Below are positions 28,503 to 42,649 of a stretch of DNA of 64,000 nucleotides, one piece after another. Where the stretch lies: positions 111,414,001 to 111,478,000 of the forward strand of contig OX597821.1 of assembly GCA_951406725.2 (NCBI GenBank), read 5' to 3'. This DNA is from Octopus vulgaris (Eukaryota). A program made the translations under genes and the position numbers. The notes beneath the pieces were generated by a model that searched no databases, was not told the DNA's origin, and was given only the letters and a program-made list of their open reading frames with translations. Each line of letters starts with the position of its first letter. The stretch's first letter is position 1.

Positions 28503-28744
28503 TATATATATATGCATGTCGGCGTGTGTGTATATATTATGAGTGTGAATGAATGTGTACACCCACCACACATATACTACATATAATAATATATATACAT
28601 GTATATATATATGTGTGTGTGTGTGCGTATGTATATATATGTGTGTGTATATAGATATAGGTATATATAGATATGCATGTATATATCGATGTAAATATAT
28701 ATATATATATATGCAAATATGTGTATATGCATATATGTATATAT

Positions 28745-28829
<85 letters not shown>

Positions 28830-29289
28830 CATATATATGTATGTATGTATGTACATATATGTACATATATACATAAGTGTATGTGTGTGTTTGGTAAAGA
28901 GTGTGAACGAATGGCGTTTGTTTCGATTAAAACGGCAAAGTGTTCTGTAAGCACGTTGTTGCTAGAGAATGTTTCAAATATTACACTGCATTAGAGATTA
29001 TCTCAGTATTAAGAAACTGAGAGGCGCCTATCTCTTGTACAAAGTTCTTAGTGATTACAAGGGCATGTGATAAGAGCCGGCGATAGCTCTTGTATGAAAT
29101 GTTAAGTTGAATCAACCAGAGTTAAAAGTGTGTTTAGTGGGCAGAAAACAGTGTGAGATCCAAGCAATGTTACACTTAAACTAAACCCGGAGTCGTAAGA
29201 ATCCTTCAAGAAATACACAAGCAGTTTCTTGTATATCCACATCCAAAATTTTTCTTAAAAATAGAGAAAAACTGGTACCCAGAACAGGC

Positions 29290-29440
29290 TACACGTGAAG
29301 TCGATGTGTAAATGGTTGAGCACTCCGTAGAGATTCGGTGTGACACAGGATGTATCAAAGCTGGCCGTCCTCATTTTTGCCAGCTGAGTAGACTGGACTA
29401 AGGTAAAGTAAAGTGTCTTTCTCAACGATACAATGTTTCG
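29290..29440 (-). mobile_element. SINE family D fragment
   Basis: Reverse complement of AAGACACTTTACTT..CCAGTCTACTCAGCTGGCAAAAATGAG. Confidence 0.65.
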
Positions 29441-29574
29441 CCGGGAGGCTCGAGGGCTCGAAGACTCGAAGACTCGAAGACTCGAAGGCTTGAAGACTTT
29501 GCCGATGCCAATATCATGTGATAACTGCTCTAAAAATACTAAGAGAAGAATTTTTATGGGTAAAAACCTACCAT

Positions 29575-29702
29575 AGGCGCAGGAGTGACTGTGGTAAGTA
29601 GCTAGCTTACCAACCACATGGTTCCGGGTTCAGTCCTGCCGTGTGGCACCTTCCTCAGTTTGACCAAAGCCTTGTAAGCGGATTTGGTAGGCGGAAACTG
29701 AA
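29575..29702 (+). mobile_element. SINE family A 5' part
   Basis: Head similarity. Confidence 0.8.
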
Positions 29703-29752
29703 ATATGTATATATGCATGTATATATATATCTGTATGTATGTATATACATAT

Positions 29753-29828
<76 letters not shown>

Positions 29829-29884
29829 GTATATATATGTGTATTCATATATATATATATATATAAATATATATATATATATTT

Positions 29885-30368
29885 AAATATTTGTCGTGCA
29901 AGATTTTTTATGTGAAGTCATGTGTTGAAACAGATATTGTTATATTTCGGAATGGTCATATTGCCAGTTTAGCCAATAAAAACACACACACTATATATTT
30001 GGTGTTATTTTGCTTCAGTGTTATTTATTTTTTACATTAATCTTAATCTTATTTCGGCCAGAGTTCTTTCGTCACACTCCTGTGACCGCATCAGTGGTCC
30101 TTTGTTTTCTTCTTACTTATCTGTGTCTCTCCTTATTAACCGTCAGCCATTTTGTATTTCTATTGTATGTCTTCATTTGCGCATGCTTATATCTCTATGT
30201 GCGTCTATGTTTATTTAGTGTGTGTATGTGGGGGAGATGCCTGTAATATTTGTATCTTCTGTTTATATATGATCATGTAATTTGTATTTTGTTTTTGTTT
30301 ATTCTTATTTTGTTCATGTGTTTACATCCACTTATTATTATCCTTACATATGCTTGTATGTATGTATG

Positions 30369-30399
<31 letters not shown>

Positions 30400-31145
30400 T
30401 AATAATAATATTAAATCGAATCGAAAAAAAAATATATATAGTTATTTATGATGCAACAATTAGATAAATTACAGAAGCTACACACATAATAGAAAATAAA
30501 CCTAGCCTGAATAGAAAACTAGAATGGAGCACTAACACACACCACAGCATATGACGATAAAGGATCCTGAAAACATAATAAATACACAGATAAATAAACT
30601 AATAGAAATAAATAACTATATATATATATATATATATATATAGATGAGAAAGTTGGTATATATATATTTTTTTCGATTCGATTTATTATTATTATTACTA
30701 GTATTGTTGTTATACATACATACATACATACAAGTATATGTAATGATAATAATAAGTGGATGTAAACACATGAACAAAATAAGAATAAACAAAAACAAAA
30801 TACAAATTACATGAACGTATATAAACAGAAGATACAAATATTACAGGCATCTCCCCCACATACACACAATAAATAAACATAGACGCACATAGAAATATAA
30901 GCATGCGCAAATGAAGACATACAATAGAAATACAAAATGGCTGACGGTTAATAAGGAGAGACACAAATAAGTAAGAAGAAAACAAAGGACCACTGATGCG
31001 GTCACAGGAGTGTGACGAAAGAACTCTGGCCGAAATAAGATTAAGATTAATGTAAAAAATAAATAACACTGAAGCAAAATAACACCAAATATATAGTGTG
31101 TGTGTTTTTATTGGCTAAACTGGCAATATGACCATTCTGAAATAT

Positions 31146-31150
<5 letters not shown>
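29885..31150. repeat. Large inverted duplication (arms ~29937-30440 and ~30659-31150) bounded by (TA)n
   Basis: Near-identical reverse-complement arms; the ORF track gives nearly the same peptides on opposite strands. Confidence 0.95.
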
Positions 31151-31200
<50 letters not shown>

Positions 31201-31214
31201 GAATGCATGTGTAT

Positions 31215-31425
31215 TTGCGTGTCTGTGTTTGAAACCTCCTGCTATTACTTGGGAACCGATGTTGGTGCGTTTACGCCTCCGTAATGTAGCGGTTCGGCAA
31301 AAGAGACCTCTAGAATAAGTACTAGGCTTACAAAGAATACGTCTTGGTGTCGATTTGTTCGACCAAAGGTGGTACTCTAGCATAGCTGCAATCAAATGAC
31401 TGAAACAAATAAAAGAATAAAAGAA
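31215..31425 (+). mobile_element. SINE family A 3' half
   Basis: GCGGTTCGGCAAAAGAGACC..ATGACTGAAACAAATAAAAG. Confidence 0.8.
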
Positions 31426-31582
31426 TACCGCATTAGTGTACAAGATAGCTTTCGAAACTATGTCCTCCCCCTTATACAGAAACATTTCTCGAACGGGAAT
31501 AAATTCCACCAGGAGCTCAACAAATTAAAAAATACACATAGTATACCGTGTTTGTGTCTCTATGAGTAACTATATATATATA

Positions 31583-31766
31583 GTTACTCCAAACATGAAC
31601 AAAGAGAAAACACAACAACACGAGGACGTGGAACAAGTATAGTGTTATTGGACGCTCAGGAAAGGAAAGAAAGAATGAGGATTTAACGTTTCGAGCGGAG
31701 CTCTGCGTCAGAAACATAGAAAAAGGAAAGGTCCAAAGAAGGTAAGACGGAGAAAGAAAATCGCCA

Positions 31767-31768
<2 letters not shown>
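31583..31768 (-). mobile_element. Penelope-type terminal repeat family P2
   Basis: Reverse-complement homologue of 21466-21671, including CTGACGCAGAGCTCCGCTCGAAACGTT. Confidence 0.65.
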
Positions 31769-31819
<51 letters not shown>

Positions 31820-32075
31820 TTCGTACATATATGTATATATGGAAACGTTGAACCACATAATACTCCTAAGTTTTATTTTAGCAACTGAACATTAGCTGTA
31901 CTGTATTCTATGGATATATAAGCCAAAGTAAAAAAAAACGTACATACGAATTACATTAGTAACTAAATATTAGACATACTGCACCCTAAAAACAAATAAG
32001 TACATTTCAAAAAATTTATATAAATAAATAGTAAATCTCTAAAATCGCTAATGTTTGTTTTATTGTTTTTCCACC

Positions 32076-32121
<46 letters not shown>

Positions 32122-32554
32122 TTTCACATACCCTTGTCAGCTCATTTCCAGTGAAGTAGTTTTAATTTTTACAAATTATATTTAAGTACACATGTACACA
32201 CACATATATATCGTATATAAAGCCAAGAACTGAACGGGAACTATGCATTTACGACCGGAATCTGAAGCAGCGAATAACTTACAATTTAATTGCGGAAACG
32301 TTATTTCTTTCTTTTCTCTGAAGGAGAAATTAAAAGCGAGAAACGTGAATGATATATATATTACAGGAACGATTTCTATGGCAGCCAAGAAGTTTATTTA
32401 TTTAAAGTGAAAACAAAATATAATCATTTAAAAGAGTTCTTACATATGTACGTACATATGTATACGTGTGCGCATATGTATATAAGTGTATACCTACACA
32501 CACACACACACACACTCACACACATATATATGTATGTATGTATGTATATATGTA

Positions 32555-32631
<77 letters not shown>

Positions 32632-32638
32632 CTCTCTA

Positions 32639-32965
<327 letters not shown>

Positions 32966-33819
32966 TATATATATTATATTGTGTGAAATTTGATTTAGTA
33001 TTTCTAAATTGAATTTTTTTCCCTGTAAGTTTGGATTTATATTTCCTCAAATAATAATTATAATATATATATATATGCGCATACATACATACACACATAC
33101 AAGCACTTTCGCACATATATGTGCACACACACATACATACAAAGATGAACGCAGTGCCGTTATACACATACACATACACACCATATATTATAGTACAATT
33201 AGCCATTAATCGGAAGCAAGTATGGCTTGGGAACATGTCTCATACTTTCGCTAACTGCATTAGGTGTGTATGGTGTCTTAAACACACATAAATACTCTCT
33301 CGGTTCGTTGTATTTTAAAGTGAATATTTGCAGAGACAGGTTAAACAATATCTAGTAATTAAAGTTTGTCATTATTAGCTCTGGCTAATTCTTGAGGACA
33401 TTTTATGTTATTAATCGTAATTTTTTAACTTCAGAAATATTGACTGTTTTGAAAACATCTTCTATTTTAGCATTCCCCATCTATATCATTCATTGATATT
33501 TCATACACATTCGCATTTGACACTAAAAGTGTTTATTATTGCAATTGAAAAGCAAAGGATAAATGTGCTTTTTTCAGTGATACCCCGTTTGAGACTTTTC
33601 GAAAAATTTATCAAAATTTCCAAAATAATTCACATATGAAGAAAATTTAAATACTATTTATTATTTTAACTCCGAAGACACCTAGCAAAGCCAAAAAATA
33701 TGAATAAAAAAATTTGGCAGTTAATGGGTTAATCTGTGGCGCTGACAAACTAAACTAGATAAGAAAAAAATTAAGAAAACTACTTCCTGTCATCGCATAT
33801 GGTCGAAAGAATACTATTG

Positions 33820-34234
33820 GGATCTTTTCGGTTCGAACGGCAGTTTTTAAAATAATTTCCACGTAACTAAACACTTTTAAACTTCGTATACTGGTAGAAT
33901 GTGTTTATGAAACATCTTTTTTTTTGGCTTTATTGAGAAAATTCTATGGTTTGTAAGATATTTGTTGTTTTTTTTCTTCAATTTCTGCAATTTCAACCAA
34001 TCAATGACGTCTATTGAGGTGAAAAACATTCTGTGCCGTATGAAAATGCCCCTCGTTTAAGAAACAGATTGGGTTTATTTACATTTGTGAAGAAAAAAGA
34101 TACCCTTGCTCCCACCCCTAACCCTAACCCTAAAACAGATTGAAATGCAATAGATCGATACTAGGGTCATAATTATGGATGACAATTTCATATGACACCG
34201 CTAGAAAAAACTGCCGTTCAAACCGAAAAGATCC
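33820..34234. mobile_element. MITE with ~29-bp terminal inverted repeats and internal (CCCTAA)3
   Basis: GGATCTTTTCGGTTCGAACGGCAGTTTTT ... AAAAACTGCCGTTCAAACCGAAAAGATCC. Confidence 0.88.
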
Positions 34235-35095
34235 GACATTTGCAGGTATCATAGTGTGAAGGCTTCAGACACGGCTCAGCAGGAAAAAAACGTCAGCAAA
34301 ACGTGGTAGAATTGAATGAGAGAGGATATAAGTATAATTATTAGAAATTGCAGAGAGAACCTAAAGTAAAGGGGAGATGAAACAGTGGACGATAACCTGG
34401 ACGGGACGAGGGCTTTGAGAGCGATACCAGGATCGAATCCAAATGTTGAATGTCAAGACTAATGCTGAAAATGCAGTTAGAAGTATTTTATGTAGACTGG
34501 ATTTGCCATTTTAGTGTTCGTTATGCAGTGTGCTGCACTGTGGTGCACTACTGTGCGTGTGTAATTTTCACTGCCCCTGAGTAGCGCTTGCTGATTGGCT
34601 ACCAAGTGTTCGGTGGCCGAGTACGATGACGTCATCATCAATAGTAGAAAGAGATACATTTGTGCATGTAAATATATATATACCCCACCCCTACACATTC
34701 CAACCCACTATCCCAATACATCCCATCCCACCCCACCTCATCCCTTAGACTCCAACCTTGCTTCCTTCACTCTCGCTTCCTCCTCACCCTAACACCACCA
34801 CACCACACCACACACCACCACATCACATCACACCACCTCGCACACACTAGCACTCACCACTTCCCAGCACCCACACCAGCGCACACACTAGAACTGACCC
34901 CTTCCTAGCACCTACACTCTCATCCACACATCTACACATGCACACGCACACGTCAAGGTCCCAGCCCCCTTCCACACGCACATACACGCTCTCACATACA
35001 CACGTACGCGCACTTTCGTTTTGGAATCACCAGTACTTTATTATCTCACCTTCTTCCTAGCTCTCCTGTGTGACCCCTCTATCCGGAATTCGCAA

Positions 35096-35255
35096 TGATA
35101 GATCGCTAGCTGCTAAATCTTTTTCTATTTTCTCTCCCTGATTATTTCTGTGTTCCATTCTGTCGAAGAGCGTAGGCACTTCCCGAGCGTTAAACTAATA
35201 CATCTGTTTGTTGTTTACACACCCGTCTTTGCATTTTGTTTTTGTAAATTCTCAC
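35096..35255 (+). mobile_element. Penelope-type terminal repeat family P1, internally deleted
   Basis: TGATAGATCGCTAGC..CTGTCGAAGAGCGTAGGC..CTAATACATCTGTTTG then (TA)n. Confidence 0.6.
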
Positions 35256-35413
35256 TATATATATATATGTATGTATATATATATGTATATATATGTGTGT
35301 GTATCTATTTATACGTATGTGTATATATGTGTATATATGGGCGTATATATATGTATATATTTGTATACATGTATACATACACGCGCACACGCACACATGC
35401 ATATATATATATA

Positions 35414-35570
35414 TTCTGGAGTAAACACATAAATGTGAAACAAAGCGGAAAAAAGAGTACTCAAATACCAGGGGTAGAGTAATATGCTTTATTTAAAAGC
35501 AGCAGAAATTCAACAAAACCTGTTACTCCGAGTTACAGGTTTTGTTGAATTTCTGCTGCTTTTAAATAAA

Positions 35571-35575
<5 letters not shown>
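35414..35575 (-). mobile_element. Penelope-type terminal fragment with fold-back inversion, flanked by (TA)n
   Basis: Arms ~35487-35523 and 35535-35571 are exact reverse complements. Confidence 0.65.
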
Positions 35576-35651
<76 letters not shown>

Positions 35652-35876
35652 CAGTAATCCCTCGACAATCGAGGGTGTTACGCTCCAAAATCCCCCGCGA
35701 TAGGTGAAAATCCGAAAATCCGCGAAGTACTGTATATATATATATTTTATTATTTTTGTAATTTGTATATATTTTATTTATTATATTATAAATGCAAAAC
35801 AACACCATGGGGGAATCGACATAAACTCAAATAGTAAACCGCGATAGGTGAACCGCGATATGGTGAAGGATTACTG
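35652..35876. mobile_element. Tc1/mariner (pogo/Tigger-like) MITE
   Basis: TA|CAGTAATCCCTC ... GAAGGATTACTG|TA; TA target duplication. Confidence 0.88.
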
Positions 35877-36004
35877 TACATATATACACACACACACACA
35901 CACATATGGGTCAATGTCTAAAAATCCTGTACAGATGCATCTATGGACCGTTACTGGCCCCGTTTCTTCTCAGTGCCTCTATAAAATTATCCACTGCTGC
36001 CGCC

Positions 36005-36110
36005 CTTGACGTCATTGGAGAAAGTACCTGCCACTCTGAGAAATAGTATATTAGAAGAACACAGATGGAATTTCAAAGCAAAGAACTAGTATCAAATATG
36101 GCGTAAACCA
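36005..36110 (+). pseudogene. Possible Penelope GIY-YIG C-terminal remnant
   Basis: LTSLEKVPATLRNSILEEHRWNFKA..KYGVN resembles the E..WI.KL.T....GLN motif; needs a frameshift. Confidence 0.3.
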
Positions 36111-36374
36111 ATCGTTCCCCGTCATTTCTTACCTATCGATCCTCCGTGATTGCAATATTAGTGGAGTGGACCCCCATAGTCATTCGACGTTTAAAAATGT
36201 CCTATTGTAATTTTTATAATTAAATATTATTAGAATAAAAAATTGTTAAAATATTTACTGTATTAAAGGAATATAACCAATTCATTGCTGATGAATCTTA
36301 TCGACAAATTCTTTTATGGACCCTTCCCCCCACGCGGTTATTTGGATCCTGGTTGAGAAGAACTGGTGTTAGAC

Positions 36375-36791
36375 TCTTACTCTTTACTCTTTTACTCTTT
36401 TACTTGCTTCAGTCATTTGACTGCGGCCATGCTGGAGCACCGACTTTGATCGAGCAACTCAACCCCGGGACTTATTCTTTTGTAAGCCCAGTACTTATTC
36501 TATCGGTCTCTTTTGCCGAACCGCTAAGTAACGGGGACATAAACACAACAGCATCGGTTGTCAAGCAATGCTAGGGGGACAAACACAGACACACAAACAC
36601 ACACACGCATGTATATATATATACATATATACGACGGGCTTCTTTCAGTTTCCGTCTATCAAATTCACTCACAAGGCTTTGGTCGGCCCGAGGCTATAGT
36701 AGAAGACACCTGCCCAAGGTGCCGCACAGTGGGACTGAACCCGGAACCATGTGGTTGGTAAACAAGCTACTTACCACACAGCCACTCCTGC
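36375..36791 (-). mobile_element. SINE family A, full length
   Basis: Close match to the 5703 copy. Confidence 0.9.
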
Positions 36792-37150
36792 AAGAAAAAC
36801 TAAAAAAAGTATTCCGTCATTTGCTAACTGGGTGTAGAATAATCTCCCGAAACATTTATGCTGAATGGCATTAACATTCACCATGATAGAAGCTGGGGGA
36901 AATACAAGGAAAACGAGCAGAATAAAATGCAATATTTAAGGGGCGTAGAGTGAATGAAATGGACAGCACTGGGGGACATTGAGAATAACAAATATATACA
37001 CAAAACCAACACGCACACACACACACTCACACATATACACACACACATATAATATATATATACTTACATGTATACACACATACACATACATATATATATA
37101 TATATACACTCATACACATACATATATATATATATAATCGAAAAATAAAT

Positions 37151-37227
<77 letters not shown>

Positions 37228-37487
37228 TTAATACATACATACAAGCATATATATATAAAGCTAATATACATACACGCATACATTTAAGATAAAATACAAG
37301 CATATATACAGACATACGTAGTTACGTACATACATACATACATGCATATATAGATACATATCTACATACAAACACTCACAAAACTACCATACATAGGTAT
37401 ATACGTACATGCGTATAAAAACCCAATATGCATATACATATACATACATATACACATATGTAAATGTGTGCATGTGTATATACTCAA

Positions 37488-37528
<41 letters not shown>

Positions 37529-37606
37529 CATATATCTCAAACCAATGTAATATAAAAACGCGTAGGTACATGCATACACACACAAATGATACACACACTC
37601 ACACGC

Positions 37607-37768
<162 letters not shown>

Positions 37769-38568
37769 ACAAACAAAATATACATACATACATTGAGACA
37801 TGCAAACAAAACAAGAATGCGTAGATACATTCGTACGAATGTCGTGTGACACACTGAAGGTTTACACTTTCACAATCCGAGAACATGAGATAACTACAAA
37901 ATATCTTTTGAAAATAAGACACAATGAAAGCTTTAAACCATCAAAATGCGACGTTGTTTGTATGCCTCTTGTACGGTGTATTCGTGAAAGACAGTTGGCA
38001 GTTTACAACGCAACAATATGCGAACAAGTCTACGTTGTTAAAACAATATACAATGACATTCGTAACGAAAAATTGCCCCTGGGACGAAATAACCAAACAA
38101 ATTCTTCTGATCATGAGTATATATAAGCGTAGGCGTTGCTTTGTGGCGAGAAGTTTCTTTCTCAACCACATAGATCCGGGTTCAGAGCTCCCGAGTTACG
38201 TCTTGGGCACAAAGTGTACATGCATACATTAACTGCTGCACGCATGCGCTTGCATACGCACACACACATACATGTTACACAGCTTCACACACCCCAACAC
38301 ATATACACACGTCCACACACATTCACACATGTATACACAGAGCACACACACATCCCTCCACACAGTGCACGTACGTGTTTACTCATACACATACATACAC
38401 ACACACGCTTCCATACGTACACACACACGCACCATACACACACACACACACACACACACACAAAGAGGCTCACATAATCTTATGTTTGCCAACACATACA
38501 TACACACGCACTCGTCCACACACACGTATACATTCATATGAACCTTGCACACACACACACACACACAT

Positions 38569-38729
38569 AGGTGCAGGAGCTGTGAGGTAAGTAGCTTGCT
38601 TCCCAACCACATGGTTCTGGGTTCAGTCCCACTGCATGACACCTTGGGCAAGTGTCTTCTACTATAGACTCGGGCCGACCAAAGCCTTGCAAGTGGATTT
38701 GGTAGACGGAAACTGAAAGAATCCCGTCG

Positions 38730-38772
<43 letters not shown>

Positions 38773-38997
38773 GTGTATGGTTGTGTGTCATGTGTTTGAC
38801 CCCACCCCCCAACATCGCTTGACAAGCGATGCTGGTGAGTTTATGTCCCCGTAACTTAGCGGTTCGGCAAAGAAGCCGGTAGAATAAGTACTAGGCTTAC
38901 AAAGAATAAGTCCTGGGGTCGAATTGTTCGGCTAAAGGCGGTGTTCCAGCATGGCCGCAGTCAAATGACTGAAACAAGTAAAAGAATAAAAGAATAA
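38569..38997 (+). mobile_element. SINE family A, full length
   Basis: Close match to the 5703 copy. Confidence 0.9.
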
Positions 38998-39015
38998 GTA
39001 TGTATATATATATAC

Positions 39016-39117
<102 letters not shown>

Positions 39118-39705
39118 ATAACGTTAGTGGCCGCAAGCATAAAAGACGTACGGGCAGAATTAATAAATATTACAAGAGTACTAATGAACACCTGCTTTGC
39201 TAAAGATAGGAGTCAAAACACCGAGGAGTCACAGAAGAATCACTAAATTGAAGCAGGCATGATAGGAAAAAATTTAAGTGAATAAGAATTGCGTCTTATC
39301 TTCTGCAAAGGTTGCAGAAGGAATGTCTGTTAATCTGATATGATAATTTCGAATTTAGCGCCGAAGGCATTCGATTCTCTTCAGCCAGATCTACTAGTAA
39401 CAATAACTAAGATTCGCTACTATCATACCTCTGTTCGTATGATCGCTCAAGCACCATTGAAACCAACGAACTATGTGGAATTATTCATAAATATATAAGA
39501 ACATTATTCATAATAATAACATAACGTTAGTGGCCGCAGGCATAAAAGCCGTACAGGCAAAATTAATAAATATATATGAAATATAAAAATATATTTATAT
39601 CTGCTAGGGCATTAATAAGCACCTGCTTTGCTAAAGATAGGAGTCAAAACTCCCCGGAACCACAGAAGAACCACTAAATTAATTCAGGCGTGATAGGAAA
39701 AAATT
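39118..39705. repeat. Diverged direct duplication (39118-39274 and 39521-39705)
   Basis: Shared ATAACGTTAGTGGCCGCA and CACCTGCTTTGCTAAAGATAGGAGTCAAAAC. Confidence 0.9.
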
Positions 39706-39709
39706 ATAT

Positions 39710-40090
39710 TAGAAGCTTGCTTCCCAACCACATGGTTCTGGGTTCAGTCCCACTGCGTGGCACCTTGGGCAAGAGTCTTCTACTATAGCCTCGGGCCGAC
39801 CAAAGCCTTGTGATTAGATTTGGTAGACGGAAACTGAAAGAAGCCCGTCGTATATATATATATATGTGTGTATGTGTGTGTGTGTGTGTGTATTTGTACC
39901 CCACCCCACTATGTATATATATATATATATATATATTCGGCTCTATATATAGTCGGCAGCCTTCTATCAGTTTCCGTCTACCAAATTCACTCACAATGCT
40001 CTTTAGCTCAAGGTAGAACGCAATGGGACAGAACCCAGAACCATATGGCTGGAAAACAAAAGTTTTAGCACACAGTCACGCTTGCGCCTA
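39710..40090. mobile_element. Two SINE A 5' halves in opposite orientation (39710-39850 +, 39955-40090 -)
   Basis: GGTAGACGGAAACTGA versus TCAGTTTCCGTCTACC. Confidence 0.8.
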
Positions 40091-40495
40091 TACCAGTATA
40101 ATCGTATTCACCACGGTCGTGTATACTCGGACGAAATAAGACATACGCTGCGGAAACTGCCTCGCGAGAAAAAATATGTGCTTATAGGCAATATGTGTAA
40201 AAAAAAAAACACCATTGGGATATAAATGACGTCATCAGAGTGTTGGACGCATGCGTTTCTGCATCATGTACACCTCTTTGATGAACAAGAAATATTGGTG
40301 GAACATTTCCGTATTAATATTCCGTCAGATATAAACATGTGTTAGTCTTGTTTTTTCAAAACAGAATAATCTCGAATGAGCACGTAGTATCGGGTTCAAT
40401 CTTACAGAATGTCTTTTTTTTACTGTAGCCATGGGCCGACGAATGCCTTCTGAGTAGATTTAGTAGACGGCAATTAAGTAGAAGCCAGTTGTATG

Positions 40496-40575
<80 letters not shown>

Positions 40576-41085
40576 ATGGGGATAATAATAATAATATTAA
40601 AGACTATGTAACATGTATTCTCCAAATTCAACCCAGAAGACATTTTTAAAGTTTATCATGGAATTATTTACTGCCGTTGTTATCTCAAATTCAATGATGG
40701 AACTTGGTTTCTTTGAGAGAGACCAACTCCTTCTTTTATACGAAGAATTCAAAGAATTTAAAATGAAAGCGACACATATAGCTACATACATACATGCATA
40801 TATATATATGTGTATGTATGTATATGTGCTTATGTACATATATATACATGCATATATGCACATATATACATGCATATATACACATATACACATATCTACA
40901 TACATACAAGCAAAAATGCACGCACATATATATGTATGTATATATATATATAAGCATATATATGTGTATATATATTTGCATATATATCCTTATATATGTA
41001 TATATGTATATATATATGGTATTATATGAATATAATATATCAAAATAATATGAAAGTTACATTATATGTATATATACGTGTGTAT

Positions 41086-41134
<49 letters not shown>

Positions 41135-41929
41135 TATAAAACATAACGATATGAAATATATGGATTATTGAAGTGACCTTTCGACAGAGCAAAAGTCATT
41201 CACGAATAGAAGTAAAATAAAAAAAATTACACAAATTTACAAAAAAATAAATAAATAATAATAAATGAAAGAAAGAGAGAAAGGAGTGAGCGAAACTATT
41301 CCACACGAAAAGTATTTAGAGGATATGAGGAAAATACGTACTGAAGATGGTGGCGGTGGCGTCAGTGGTGGTAGTGATGGTGGCGTCAGTGGTGGTGGTC
41401 GTGGTGGCGGGAATGATTGCTTAAGGGGGAGATAAAATGGTTAAAGATTGAGAAAGTTATATGAACAAGATGATTAAGGAAACGTCAATTGGTGAAGTGT
41501 GTAGGCAGTGAGAGAAGAGAGCGGTGTGTTTGGTAGGATGGAAGGATGGAGCAAAGAAGGAGGAGGGGGAAAAGAGAAGGGGATGATGATGATGAGGAGG
41601 AGGATGAGATGGTGGTTGTGGTGGTTGGAGAAAAAAACGAAGAGGAAGAAGGAGAGGAAGGAGAAGAGAAAGAAGAAAAAGATCGACAGGAACTAGAAAT
41701 GAAAATGGAAGGAGGAGGAGGAGAAGTAGATGAAAAGGAAGAAGAACAGGAGGAGGAGCAGAAGAAAAGGAAGAAAAGGAAGAAAAAGTAAAAAAATGCT
41801 GCCAGGAACTGTCCAAACACCAAAGCTAAACACGTCAGCTCTTTACGAAATTCTTCTGAAGTATAAAATTCTTCGAAGCTACAGAAAGAAACGAGAAACA
41901 GAGAGAGAGAGAGAGATAGAGAGAGAGAG

Positions 41930-41992
<63 letters not shown>

Positions 41993-42026
41993 GGATGGAG
42001 AGAGCACAAAAACAGCAGCAAAATAG

Positions 42027-42370
42027 TCATGATGATGATGATGATCATGATGATCATGATGATCATGATAACCGAGATAATGAGTCCTCCTCATCAATAT
42101 AATCATCATTATTACAATCATGAAGGTCACGATCATCACGATCATCAGCACCACCACCACCACCACCACCACCACCACCACCACCACCAACACCACCATC
42201 ACCACCACCATCATCATCATCATCATCATCACCCCACCAACCACCGTCATCATCAACACTACCACCATCATCAACATCATCACCACCATCTCTCTCACCA
42301 CCATCATCATCATCGTTATCATCATCATCATCATCATCATCACCATCATCACCACCATCTCTCTCACCAC

Positions 42371-42420
<50 letters not shown>

Positions 42421-42522
42421 CCACCATCACCACCACCACCACCACCACCACCACCACCACCACCACTACCACCACCACCACCACCATCATCACCGTCACT
42501 ATCATCATCACCACCATCAACA
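42027..42522. repeat. (CAT)n/(CAC)n microsatellite
   Basis: Direct inspection. Confidence 0.95.
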
Positions 42523-42649
42523 ACAGCATTTTTTTCCAATATGAAACTTGAGGGCAACTTCTGCTTATATGATCGATCGGGTTTTTCTACAGTATTACCA
42601 CCAAGTTTTCTGAACTATCGTAAATTTAACAACAACAACAATAATAAGG

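Noticed and set aside
33425-33732. piggyBac-like end GGGTTAA
   Set aside because: No matching left terminal repeat found
34116-34133. Telomere
   Set aside because: Only three units, internal to a MITE
34595-34690. Possible second Penelope C-terminus upstream of the P1 repeat
   Set aside because: Too degenerate to call by eye
37800-38126. 108-aa complex ORF
   Set aside because: No recognisable domain or splice context; length expected by chance
40613-40770. Possible host exon (MYSPNSTQK..)
   Set aside because: No recognisable homology; runs into microsatellite; no convincing splice sites
42029-42544. His-rich metal-binding protein
   Set aside because: (CAT/CAC)n microsatellite open in multiple frames
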